From: Octopus vulgaris
Lineage: Eukaryota
DNA: 64,000 nucleotides
Assembly (NCBI GenBank): GCA_951406725.2
Contig: OX597819.1
Coordinates: 53,816,001 to 53,880,000 of the forward strand
Direction of reading: 5' to 3'
This document shows positions 27,915 to 41,200 of this stretch, piece after piece; the stretch's first letter is position 1; every line of letters begins with the position of its first letter. Under the pieces are notes generated by a model, which was given only the letters and a program-made list of their open reading frames with translations, was not told where the DNA came from and did no database searches. The translations under genes and the position numbers were made by a program.

Positions 27915-28455
27915 GCATATACATACATACATACATACATACATACATACATACACACACACACATACATACATGCATGCATGCATACATACATCTATAC
28001 ATACATACATACATACACACATACATACATACATACATACATACATGCATGCATGCATTCATGCATACATACATGCATACATACATACATACATACATAC
28101 ACACATACACACACATACATACATCATACATACATACATACATACATACATACATACATACATACATACATACATACACACATACATACATGCATATATA
28201 CATACATATATACATACATACAAACATACACATCCTGCATACATGCATGCATTCATACATACAAACATACATACATACATACATACATACATACATACAT
28301 ACATACATGCATATATACATACATATATACATACATACAAACATACATACCCTGCATTCATACATACAAACATACATACATACATACATACATACATACA
28401 TACATACATACATACATACATACATACATACATACATACATACATACATACATAC
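27915..28455. repeat. (TACA)n compound microsatellite
   Basis: Directly visible. Confidence 0.95.
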
Positions 28456-28492
28456 CTAGGTACCTGAATACATCCATATCTGTTTATTTTCC

Positions 28493-28625
28493 TAATTGTT
28501 TCTCGAAGTACATATAAGCTACTAATAATGTTACGTAAATATTGGCAGCCTTCAGCTATTCTATCCGAAAGAGGTTTTCAGCCCAATATTTACATGCTAT
28601 TTATATGTACTTCGAGAACCAATTC
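28493..28625. repeat. Imperfect hairpin
   Basis: ttctcgaagtacatataa/ttatatgtacttcgagaa and gtaaatattgg/ccaatatttac stems. Confidence 0.85.
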
Positions 28626-28908
28626 CAATAAAGAATTATTCCACGTTTTTTTTTTTTGTTTCGATAACTTATAAATTTATATATCGTCGACAATGCAAAT
28701 AGAAATCTGCATGCAGGCGCGTGTGCATATTGTTTACGTCATAAGAATTTTGAGACTTCGAGCAAGAGATGAAATGAATCGTATGTAACGGTGCAACTCG
28801 AAGCAGATAAAGCTATATATATAGATCATAGCTTTATCTGCTATAATCCCTTGGACTGAAAAAAAGTTGAATGCTTGCGGCCATACTGGGGTACCGCCTG
28901 GGTAGGTA

Positions 28909-28947
<39 letters not shown>

Positions 28948-28972
28948 ATGCAACTATGTGTATGTATGATTG

Positions 28973-29021
<49 letters not shown>

Positions 29022-29391
29022 GGGGGGAAGACGGAGAAAGAGAAAGAGAGAGTAGGAAAGTGGGATGAATGTATAGACGTTTGTATGAACAACTACGAGA
29101 AAATAAGAGTGCTGAATACTAATATAGAGTAATATAATCTGTTAGCTAAACTCTGTGTGCGCCCGCATAGGCATGCAAATGCACATGCATTTTGTTATGC
29201 ATATATATGTATATATACTTGTCACATTTCAAAACGCAAGTTAAGCATGACCTGGGTCTGTCGGCTATTGTCTGGATTATATGAAGGTTACATGAGCCAA
29301 ACTCTCTCACATACACACATACACACACGTATCTCTGTACGCATGTGTTCATGTGTGCAAGTGTGTACACATACATATTCGTGTGTATGCA

Positions 29392-29394
<3 letters not shown>

Positions 29395-29452
<58 letters not shown>

Positions 29453-29899
29453 GTCTGTCTGTCTGTCTGTCTGTCTGTATGTATGTCTGTCTGTCTGTCT
29501 GTATGTATGTCTGTCTGTCTGTCTATCTATCTGTCTATATGTATGTGTGTGTGTGTGTGTGTACACACACAATGTTTAATATACACGGAATATATCTATG
29601 AACTACTAAAGTTTCATACATTGAAGATGTTATTTAGGCAGGTTTTAAATCACGTCTAGTGCCTCCCAGTAATCTTCAGACACTAGGCGTGTTTTAAAAC
29701 CTGCCTAAACAATATCTTATATCTTCAATGTATGAAACTATAAGTAGCTCATAACCATATACTTCGTATATTAAACAATGCTTATCTCTCACCAGATGGA
29801 GAACTTGTTTTGTTGTTGTTGATCCTACCTTAACAGATAAGTAAACTATATGGATAGATAGATGGATGGATGGATAGGTAGGTAGGTAGATAGATAGAG

Positions 29900-29953
<54 letters not shown>

Positions 29954-29964
29954 GTAGTTAGGTG

Positions 29965-30014
<50 letters not shown>

Positions 30015-30044
30015 CAGACAGGTAGTTAGGTGGATGGATGGATG

Positions 30045-30130
<86 letters not shown>

Positions 30131-30175
30131 TAGGTAGTTAGGTAGATAGATAGATAGATAAATGGATAGATTGTG

Positions 30176-30210
<35 letters not shown>
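29395..30210. repeat. (ATCT/GTCT)n and (GATA/GACA)n tracts flanking the 29.6-kb hairpin
   Basis: Directly visible. Confidence 0.9.
29573..29777. repeat. Long imperfect hairpin (~90-bp arms)
   Basis: tttaggcaggttttaaatcacgtctagtg / cactaggcgtgttttaaaacctgcctaaa plus outer stems. Confidence 0.88.
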
Positions 30211-30942
30211 CCACAAATACAAGCTTTGAGACATTTTAAAATACTCAAAGAATGTGTATATATCCGCTTGTATGTGTGTTGGAGTAAGTGCAGATTATAT
30301 GAGGGAGTGTGTATGTACTTTATATGTTTGTGCATATATGTATGTATACATACCCACACACGCACATTACCCCCCCCCACACACACACACACACATACAC
30401 ACATATAAAATGGGTGGGTGTGTATGTTAATATGTTAAGCACATTAAAACTCTAACACTTTCGTGTGTTGCACTTATCGATGTATGTGTATGTGTGTGCA
30501 CGCGCGTGTATGTGTGTGTGTTCATGTGTGTGTGCATATGTGTGTGCAAATGCTTTTATACCATTTCCAAGTATGCGTGTGCACATAGGTATAAGCGTTC
30601 CCATGTGAAGAACTAATTACCTGACCCACCTGTCTATAACCCTACTAAGTTATACACACCTGTCTACCTGGAAAGGCATCTCGAAAATTACCCTATGTAC
30701 CTGCATAATTAAGCATATACATTATATGCTTTTATTTATGACACCGTTTCAGTTACCTGATGTAATTAATTATCCTCTTAATTAGCGCGTTTTAACAAGT
30801 GGGCCTCAGCGTAGTCATTTTACCTCATAGAAATAGCGCTTAAATTTCCCAGGGTTGGTCATTGTTGGTCCTTCTTTGGACTTGGTAAATTCTTCAGCTA
30901 TTAGTACCATTTGTATTTGTATACCCGATAGCTAAATGCCTT

Positions 30943-31043
<101 letters not shown>

Positions 31044-31178
31044 ACACACACATATATATATATATACATATACTAATATACATACGCACCTTGAAACACA
31101 CGTGTGTGTGTGTTCGATGGACGCATGTTTCCAGTAGCCACACGTGCATAAAAACATACATGTCCGTCCGTCTGTCTG

Positions 31179-31243
<65 letters not shown>

Positions 31244-31502
31244 ATTATACACACACACACACACATACATATATATACACACACACATATATATATATAC
31301 ACACACACATATATATATATACACACACACATGTCCTCGGAACCTAGCGGTTCGGCAAAAGAACCCGATAGAATAAGTACAATATATATGCAGAAACACA
31401 CATAAATACATACACGCACGCACACATACATATAGATACATACATTTTATATGTTTATGTACATATATGTATGTACATGTGCATGTATGTATGTACAGAC
31501 AT

Positions 31503-31533
<31 letters not shown>

Positions 31534-31645
31534 TATATATGTATAGAAACGTATATTTTATGCGCACACACTCATCTATTTTTTAAGTATGCATGTTGCA
31601 TGTACAGCTATGTGTGTGTGTGTGCGCTCGTGTGTGTGTGTGCGC

Positions 31646-31697
<52 letters not shown>

Positions 31698-31931
31698 ATG
31701 TGTGCATGTGCTTGCAAGTATATGCTATTTACATGTTTGTGTGTGTTCTCCGTGTTCAGACCTGTTCTTTTCAGACCGTCATATATGCCCATTATTCAAT
31801 CAAGTCTGCTCCCTTTCTATGATAAAGATTTTTTTTTTTTCACTTAACCGCAGAAATAGGGGAATTCTTTTTTTTTTTTTTTTATTTATTCGTCGTTTTA
31901 TTCCATATATTTTTTGCTCACTTTACTGAAA

Positions 31932-31971
<40 letters not shown>

Positions 31972-32667
31972 TCTTCTTCTATTATGAAGAAGGATCTTCT
32001 GGGTCAAGTTAGCCTTATTAGCTACGAGTAGTAGTTAGGCTGGCTGGTGTAACCTTATATTTTTTCATTAGTTTTTCTCCTGTTTTCCTATTCTTCTTTT
32101 TCCCTACTTCTTATGCCGTGTGGTTTTTAATCACAACCCCTTTAAGAGCTATTGTTATATTTCGGGTTTTTTTAAAAATTATTTTATTCCTTTACTTGTT
32201 TCAGTCATTTGACTGCGGCCAAGCTGGAACACCGCTTAGAAGGGTCTTAGTCGAACAAATCGATTCCAGGGTTTATTTTTTTAAGCCTAGTACTTATTCT
32301 ATCGGTTTCAGCCGGAATGCGAAATATTTTTCCGACCTACATACAGCAATAAATCACACTTTGTAAATATTTAAACATTGGAACTCGAATAAAAATGACC
32401 GAAAAGAAAGATTTGCGTAACATTAAATATTTGGATCAAATTTCTCTCTATTTAGATCAAAGTTCACTGATGGACATTGTCAGAACTCTACCCCACTGGT
32501 TAACCTGCGGTTTATCGTCGGATAAAAGTAAAAGTAAATTATTTTAAGAAAATGAAAGTAAAATTCTATTCAAACCGGAAGTGACGACAATGACCCTCCA
32601 TACTTTCATGTAAACAATGTATGTAGCATAATTTTTGTGTAGAACATGCATATATTCTATATCACAT

Positions 32668-33085
32668 TCTTCTACTTGTTTCAGTCATTAGACTGTGGCC
32701 ATGCTGGGACACCACCTTGAAGAATTTTAGTCGAATGAATCGACTCCAGTACTTATTTTTTAAAAGCCTGGTACTTATTTTATCGGTCGCTTTTGCCGAA
32801 CGCTAAGTTGCGGGGACATAAACACACCAACACTGGTTGTCAAGTGGTGGTGGCGCACAAATACACTCACGCACACGCATACACACACGCACACACACAT
32901 ATATATATATATATATATTTATAGGACGAGCTTCTTTTAATTTCTGTTTACCTAATCCACTCCCAAGGCTTTTGTCGGCCCGAGGCTATAGTAGAACGTA
33001 GAACACACTAGTCCAAGATGCCTGTCATGCAGTGGGACTGAACTCGGAAACATTTGCTTGGGAAGCAAGTTTCTTACCACACAGG
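32668..33085 (-). mobile_element. CORE-like SINE
   Basis: Reverse complement of family consensus. Confidence 0.8.
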
Positions 33086-33686
33086 AAAACAACAGTCATT
33101 GATACATGAAATGAAATTCGGGAATAGTTTTCCACGACGTCTAAATATGTTTCGTCACACATGTTCCTGAAGATATGATGTAAATAAACCACAATTAGTC
33201 CCACATTGTCGCCTGAGTTTCTTCATGGTAACCATCCGTCGCCCTTGTATAATCTGTCAGCGATTGGATCAGTGGAACTGAGTGAATGGTTGACAACTTA
33301 ATGAGCATAGAAGTTGCCGAGATCCGCATGGGCACACATCAGATATCAAATACTATCACTTACAGTTTCGATCGCAGTTTACTTTTCTTTTCTTTTTTGA
33401 CAATTTACTTTCACTTTTTTACGACGGTTAACTGCTTGTGAACCATCCCCACTCTCCGCCTGTTTCATTTCTTCCTAATGCTGTCAGCTGGTGTATATTT
33501 GCAAAACTACCTTTTAAGAAAGAGTTCAGGCGATATTTTCTATTTAATCTTTCTGGTTCGTGTTGCAAAATGTTAACATTTAAAAAGTGCAATTTATTAA
33601 TGTATAACTATGACATAAAAAATATCTTACGTTTCGGTTAAATGGTGTTGTCTCAAATGTTAGTTATTTGTCCTTCTTATGGCATA

Positions 33687-33920
33687 AGTGGTTCTCAACC
33701 AGCGTCTACATAAAATTTTGTTGTTAAACTTTGTGCAATACATTGCTTATACCTCTACAACATACAAAATATTTAACTTCTATTTTTTTTACAATTCTTA
33801 ATAATATTTAGTTATAAAAATATAGTAGTATTTTTTTTATATACGTTGAATGGCTATGGATGTACAGTAAAATAGGCATCAAAGGCGTTCATAATAAAAA
33901 ATGGTTTTAAAGACCACTGC
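33687..33920 (+). mobile_element. hAT-Charlie-type MITE; related copy at about 10900-11144
   Basis: Termini .agtggttctcaa...ttaaagaccactg; internal similarity between the two copies. Confidence 0.55.
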
Positions 33921-34108
33921 TATGGTACATCAGTATTTTTGATAGAATCGACTGCTGCGAACACAGATCCATTCCTCCATTAGTTTTCTTCTTTAACCCA
34001 GTAATTATATTCTTTCATAGACTAGTGTTGTAAAGCAGAATTGTTATCGTCCACACCTGATCACCTCTGATAAAGCAATCAAGACCATATATTAATTTTG
34101 TATATAAG

Positions 34109-34505
34109 GAGGCGCAGGAGTGGCTGTGTAGTAAGTAGCTTGCTTACCAACCGCATAGTTCCGGGTTCAGTCCCACTGCGTGGCACCTTGGGCAAGTGTC
34201 TTCTACTATAGCCTCGGGCCGACCAAAGCCTTGTGAGTGAATTTGGTAGACGGAAACTGAAAGAAACCCGTCCTATATATATATATATATATATGTGTGT
34301 GTATGTGTTTGTGTGTGTCCCCCCCAACATCGCTTGACAACCGATGCTGGTGTGTTTACGTCCCCGTACCTTAACGGTTCGGCAAAAGGGACCGATATAA
34401 TAAGTACTAGGCTTACAAAGAATAAGTCCTGGAGTCGATTTCCTCGACTAAAGGCGGTGCTCCAGCTTGGCCGCAGTCGAAATGACTGAAACAAGTAAAA
34501 GAGTA
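34109..34505 (+). mobile_element. CORE-like SINE
   Basis: Full-length young-looking copy. Confidence 0.88.
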
Positions 34506-35161
34506 AGGAACTACACACTCCCATGTGTCCTGCTCTCCCTCCTTCTTTTAAGGCCTAATTCTTTCTAATAATATTTCTATCTAAGATGTTTTATAAGAAC
34601 ATTAAATTGATACCAATACATTTTCAAGACTGCAGGCTGTGATTTAAGGATAGGAGTTAAGCTGACTGCGGTTTCTAGTAGATAGAGCAAAAACCACGTG
34701 GAAGTTCCTTCGTTAGTTGGACTACTGTTGGTTAGGTCTATCAGTGACACCACAGTTATCGATAAACAATCATGTGGTATTATTTGTTGCTTGGTACGGT
34801 TGCCTGGTAATAAGAACATCGTGTGTTTCTAATTAAATTGGGTTAATTAACTGGTGCATTAGTTATTGTTGTTGCTATTATCATCATCATCATCAATAAT
34901 AATAATAATAATAATAATAATAATTATAATAATAATAATAATAATAATAATGGTTTCAAATTTTGGCACAAGGCCAACAAATTCGAGGTAGGGGTTAGGT
35001 CGATTACATCGACTCCCAGTGCTAAACTAGTACTTGATTTATCAACCCCGAAAGGTTGAAAGGCAAAGTCGACCTCAGCGGTATTTGAACTCGGGATGTA
35101 TAGACGGACGAAATGCCGCTAAGCATTTTTACCGATATGCTAACAGTTCTACCAGCTCAAC

Positions 35162-35196
<35 letters not shown>

Positions 35197-35295
35197 CGGG
35201 CTTGGTAAAATAAGTACCTGTTTAGTACTGGGGTCGATGTAATCGACGTACACCTTCTCCCGAACTTGCTGGCTTGTGCCAAAATTTGAAGCCAT

Positions 35296-35707
35296 TATTA
35301 TTATTATTTATGGGTTTTTACTTCTTCTTTCAAATTTGCTTCCATTTCTTGCCGAGTGTCTTCCCGACTCCTAGGGCAAAGAAACTCATAGTATACATTG
35401 GTAGGCCATTAAACTAAACTCACTAGTTCGTTCATTTTTTTTTTTTTTGATAGAAATAAAGTTAAATTAAAATACATGGGTAGTAATAGTTCTCACATCG
35501 ACAATGCTCTTCTCAATACGTGTGATGTACCAGTTAAGACAATCTTTTGCACTTCTTGCAGGATGGTAAGCCAGGGATTGTTCTCATATAATTTTCGGTT
35601 CCCTTCTTGATCATTCCTAGTGCTCCTACGATCACTGGTATTGTAACCGCCTTGAGATGCCACATTTTCTCAATTTCAATGAGCAGGTCTTTATATTTTC
35701 TGAGCTT
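35296..35707 (-). mobile_element. Dong/R4-clade non-LTR retrotransposon 3' end in (TAA)n
   Basis: KLRKYKDLLIEIEKMWHLKAVTIPVIVGALGMIKKG...QEVQKIVLTGTSHVLRRALSM* is a restriction-like endonuclease C-terminus; 3'UTR ends in (TAA)n. Confidence 0.8.
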
Positions 35708-35725
35708 GTTATTATTTCTGAGCTT

Positions 35726-35817
<92 letters not shown>

Positions 35818-36134
35818 CGGTTTCTAATTGAGGCTAGCAGTTTTGAAAGGAGATTGAGTTAATAGACTGCATCGACTGGTACTTGAAATTATCGATTCTG
35901 AGAGGATGAAAAGGGCAAAGTTACCCTTGGCGGGTTTCCAAGTTCTGGGGTTGACGTAATCGATTTACGCCTTCCTCGAAATTTATGTCCTTGTGCTATA
36001 CGAGAAACCATTGGTCAAAAGGCCTTGCGGTATTTCTTTGGGCACTTTACGTAATGAGTTGAAATCCCGCCTCCGTCAACTGTACCGTTCATATTTCTCG
36101 TGGAAATAAAATAAAGTACTTCATATCGGTTATT

Positions 36135-36215
36135 GGTCATTGCCTCGGTGAGGCCTAATGTTCGAAGGTTGTGCTTCACCACTTCGTCCCAGGTCTTCCT
36201 GGGTCTACCTCTTCC
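36135..36215 (-). mobile_element. RTE LINE 3' fragment
   Basis: Minus-strand translation GRGRPRKTWDEVVKHNLRTLGLTEAMT. Confidence 0.65.
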
Positions 36216-36625
36216 GTAGGAGTGGCTGTGTGGTAAGTAGCTTGCTTACCAACCACATGGTTCCGGGTTCAGTCCCACTGCGTGGCACCTTGGGCAAGTG
36301 TCTTCTACTATAGCCTCGGGCCGACCAAAGTCTTGTGAGTGGATTTGGTAGACGGAAACTGAAAGAAGCCCGTCGTGTATATGTATATATTTGTGTGTAT
36401 ATGTTTGTATGTCTGTGTTTGTCCCCCTCCCCACCAACATCGTTTGACAACCGATGGTGATGTGTTTACGTCCCCGTAACTTAGCGGTTCAGCAAAAGAG
36501 ACCGATAGAATAAGTACTAGGCTTACAAAGAATAAGTCCTAGGGTCAATTTTCTCGACTAAAGGCGGTGCTCCAGCATGGCCACAGTCAAATGACTGAAA
36601 CAAGTAAAAGAGTAAAGAGTAAGAG
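36215..36625 (+). mobile_element. CORE-like SINE
   Basis: Full-length copy with (agtaaag)n tail. Confidence 0.88.
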
Positions 36626-37175
36626 TATATTCACTACTCTCTTTTCCTTCAAAATTGCTGGCTTTGTGTCTAAACAAGAAGCAGTTATTATTGTTGCTGT
36701 TGTTTAGTTTCCCGAAGACTAAGTCTTCGGGTTTCCTCGTATCAAATTTCCGCGTTAATATCTTCTGCTGACCTTCATATAACTGCTGTCAGACCTGAGA
36801 AGCATCCAAACTCGCTCAAATCTTACATCCTTACTGATATTTAGAGGGAGAGAGAGAGAGAGGGAGAGAGATTGGATAATGTAAATAGTATGGCCACGAC
36901 TGTAACCGACCACTTTGATAAGCAGTTAGCGTGTGTCACTAAAACGCATAGATGACACAGAAAAACGTATGTGGGAGAGGGGAAGTGAGCATGCGCGACG
37001 TATATGGCTATAAAATGGTCTGTTTGCGATACAGATGTATATCTACAACAATGGTTGTAGTGCGGTTCGGAACCCCTCCTTCCCAACGTTGATCATTACA
37101 AAACTTCCTGTAAGTTACCATCTTTTCAGAGAATCAAGAAAATAATGCGAGTTAACTAACGCATTTCTCACACTG

Positions 37176-37248
<73 letters not shown>

Positions 37249-37469
37249 TACACACGCACACACGGACACACGGACATATACATACATACTTGCAAAATTT
37301 AATGTATCACATGAAAATATACAACCATACATTATGCACACACACACACACACGTAAGTGTTACACATGTATTCTTACAAAATTTAATGCACACACACAC
37401 ACATTAGGGTATTAACACATCAGTACACGCATATACACACGGATGTATGCCTCATGTACACTCATAGAT

Positions 37470-37800
37470 GGTCTTGCGTGCCTATGTTTCTCCATCGAAT
37501 CCATTTGATAACCATATTGGCCTTCATATGTGGGTCATTTGATGACTGCATATTTCAATTCTTGATTCGGTTGCAGAGAAGAAATATAAATGTTTAGTTC
37601 GAGGTTTCTGGTGTAACTCTTTGACATCCGGTTGTTCTGCGAACGTTTCTCTTCCAAATATTTCATCCCCCTTCGACAGCAAGACCACCAAACTGAGCAG
37701 CGGGTTGCGAAGGGTCGATGTTACTCTCCTTCAAAGCGGTCTTCAGGCTTGCCTTCAAACCGTTTCGTTGTTTCGCCCAGCTTAGCGGCAACTCGCCACA
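37470..37800 (-). mobile_element. RTE-BovB-like LINE 3' relic
   Basis: Minus-strand LKASLKTALKESNIDP...WWSCCRRGMKYLEEKR resembles RTE C-terminus. Confidence 0.5.
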
Positions 37801-38038
37801 GGGGATTTATGGAGAAGACACAAGTCAGGTTTGCACATGTCCAGTCCATCTCGGTTTTTATGTCTGCATCGTGTACGTTCCATGTGTGCGTAATCTTATC
37901 TCGCCAGGAGAATCAAAGAATCCTCTGGAGATAAAACATATTAAAGGACAACGCGATCTTGATGTATCTGTTACATGCATTCACTGTTTAGCGCCTTCAT
38001 TCTCTCTCTGTCACACTTCCTCTGTCTCTCTCTCTCTG

Positions 38039-38069
<31 letters not shown>

Positions 38070-38232
38070 ATATATCCAATTAGCTAGCTACTTATCTGTC
38101 TGTCTTTTTCTGCCTCTCTCACTCACATACAAACTCCAAAGATAATTGGCTTTACCAAGAGGATATTAATATTGATATAAACGTCATGAAATCATAATCC
38201 AGCACAGATCCTTGTAAGACTCACGAAGTTTT

Positions 38233-38313
<81 letters not shown>

Positions 38314-38442
38314 TACACACACACACACACACCACCACCACCACCACTACAGTAGCACACAGGCACGCATTGTGGAATCTGTTCTGAGTGAAGTAAAAAG
38401 TAACGAGTGCAATGGTGTTCGTACTACTTAGTAGTTGTGGTA

Positions 38443-39792
38443 CGTGCCAGGGCAACCGATAACAGGACAACTCATTCCCGAACAACTCATATCAGACAAC
38501 TCATACCTGGATAATTGATATCTCGGACAACTAATTATATAGAACAACTGATAAATAGGACAGCTCATAGCTGGACAATTGATATCTTGGACAATTGATA
38601 TCTAGGACAACTGATTATGTAGGACAACTTATGGCTGGTCAATTGATATCTAGGACAACTGATTATATAGGACAACTCATGGCTGGTCAATTGATATCTA
38701 GGACAACTGATTATATAGGACAACTCACGGCTGGTCAATTGATATCTAGGACAACCGATTATATAGAACAACTGATAAATAGGACAACTCATAACAGGCA
38801 TGATGTGATAAAGACTTCATTTTGAAAAAAAATCAAGGATAAAATAACCGCACATTCCACACACACGCACAAACACACATGCACATACACACACATACAC
38901 GCACAAATACGCACCACACACACGGACACACACACATACACACACAAATACACACCCCATGCACACACACGCACGCACACGCACATACATACACATACAC
39001 ACACCACACACACAAATACACACCACACACGCACACAGACACCACACACACACACACACAAACACATACACATACGCACATCACACACATGCACACCACA
39101 CACACACACAAATACACACCACACACATATACACACACCACATACAAACATGCAAATACACACCACACACATATACATACACACGCCACATACAAACATG
39201 CAAATACACACCACACACACGTACACACACACACCTCACGTACACACCACACACGCGCACACACCACACACGCTCACAAATACACACCATACACACCACG
39301 TATGCACACATACACATCACGCACACACAAATACACTCCACACACATACACACGCACCACGCTCACACACTACACACATACGCACGCATACACATACACG
39401 CATGCACTCATACGCACGCATACACACACCACACACGCACACAAATACACACTACACACGTATCCACATACAGACACACCACACACACACACATACGCGT
39501 GCACGCATACACACATACCACACACACAAATACACACCACACACGCATCCACATACACACACACCACACGCACACAAATACACACCACACACGCACACAC
39601 ACATACGCACATATACACACACACACACCACACAGATGCACACATATACACACCACACGCACCACACACACACACACACATACACATACACACACACCAC
39701 ACACATACACACATACATACACACCACACACATACACACACAAACACCACAAACACAAATACACACCACACACACCACACATACATACACAC

Positions 39793-39826
<34 letters not shown>

Positions 39827-40566
39827 TACACACCACCCGCACCCACATACACACACACCACACACACACCACACACGCGCAAAATTTCTTTCAAAATTAA
39901 ATCTTTATCACTTTATATCTGTTATGAGTTGTCCTATATAATCAGTTGTCCTAGATATCAATTGTCCAGGTATGAGTTGTCTGATAGTTGTCCGGGAAGC
40001 GAAATGTTTTTCCCACGAGAGTTCCGTACTCCAGTTATGAACTCATTTGCATACAGCCAATCAGAGGTCAACTATCAAACTAATTTATGAGCACATAACA
40101 AGTCATGGGCGATGAGATAAGGTCACTTGGATAAGGAATGACCATGCTTCTTTTCTCTTTTAGTAATGCCTCTTGATCTTGTTCTTGTTTCAACCATGGC
40201 TGCCTCTGCATAGTTGAGTTGTTGTTTACATTGTAAAACAGTAAGTTGCTAGCACATCACGCTCTAGCCACATTTTCCCATCCACATCTCTACCATATAG
40301 GGCCCCAACAAAATCCGATAATAGGTATAGATGCAAATCTGTCTAATTATTTGTCTCCTAAAATCAGGCATAACTTGGGCGATCGGTCGACTTACAACAC
40401 CGTTCTTCGTCTTTACTTGGTAGAGTGTGTTTGTTAACTTGACATGGTCAAGGTGAGCTCTGATTGGCTGTATGCAAATGAGTTCATTACTGGGGTCCGG
40501 AACTCTCGTGGGGAAAAAATTTCGCGTCCGGGAATGAGTTGTCTTGGTACCAGTTGCTCTAGAACC
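38443..40566. mobile_element. MULE/Phantom-like foldback element with tandem-repeat TIRs
   Basis: Left arm 38443-38833 with 48-bp (3x16) units mirrors the right arm 39881-39998 + 40535-40566; 9-bp TSD gttgtggta/gttgtggtg; CA-rich 1-kb interior. Confidence 0.8.
39999..40525. mobile_element. Mutator-like MITE nested in the foldback arm
   Basis: ~75-bp TIRs gcgaaat.tttt.cccacgagagttccg...; perfect 9-bp TSD gtccgggaa (39990-39998, 40526-40534). Confidence 0.88.
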
Positions 40567-40802
40567 GTTGTGGTGGAGCAACATGGATTTGGACGGGAAT
40601 CGAATTAAGTGTCTTCTACTGTTAACTTCTGGTTGATTAAGGCCTTGTGAGTGGACACTTGGTTGATGGAAACTGTGGGAATCCCGTGTGTAAGTGAGAC
40701 TATAAACATCGATGAGAAACCGAAGTTGTAGTGACACTCTCTCCTCACTCTCGCATCAGAAACAACGTTGTGAACTTGTGATTAGACAGTTGCGATATGA
40801 GA

Positions 40803-41200
40803 CCATCGCTGGATTAGCCATTCAGCAAAATAAGCATATATTTAGGGCATCAAGGAAAGAAGGGGCCCCACAGAAATGGTAAATGGTTTACGACACAAAA
40901 GAAATCACTTTAGACTTGCTAAAATAATATTCGAGTTGGTTAATATGATCGGAAATATAATTTCGAAGTGTTCATAGTAAGGATCTGATCAAAAAGTCAG
41001 AGAAAACTCTTCAAATATAAATAAAGTGAAAGTATACAAAAATGAACATCATTTACCAACTCACTGTTACTTTTGTTTCATTTTGAAAAATAAAGATTTA
41101 TTGTATGGTTTATTAGTGTTTATATTTTGAGTGACATATATATGGGGATAACAAAATCTTCTAAGTGCGTAGGGCCTATGTGGGTCTTAATCCGACCCTG
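40803..41200. mobile_element. hAT-like MITE relic
   Basis: Ends gctggattag... and ...cttaatccgaccctg with GGGGCCC subterminal motifs. Confidence 0.4.

Noticed and set aside
36711-36731. Palindrome cccgaagact-a-agtcttcggg
   Set aside because: Too short and isolated to assign a function.
38500-38800. CRISPR-like regular repeats
   Set aside because: Tandem 48-bp units without unique spacers, mirrored at the other end of a transposon; eukaryotic context and no cas genes.
38879-40090. 403-aa His/Thr-rich ORF and overlapping ORFs
   Set aside because: Translation of CA-rich repeat inside a foldback transposon; open in several frames because the repeat lacks stops.
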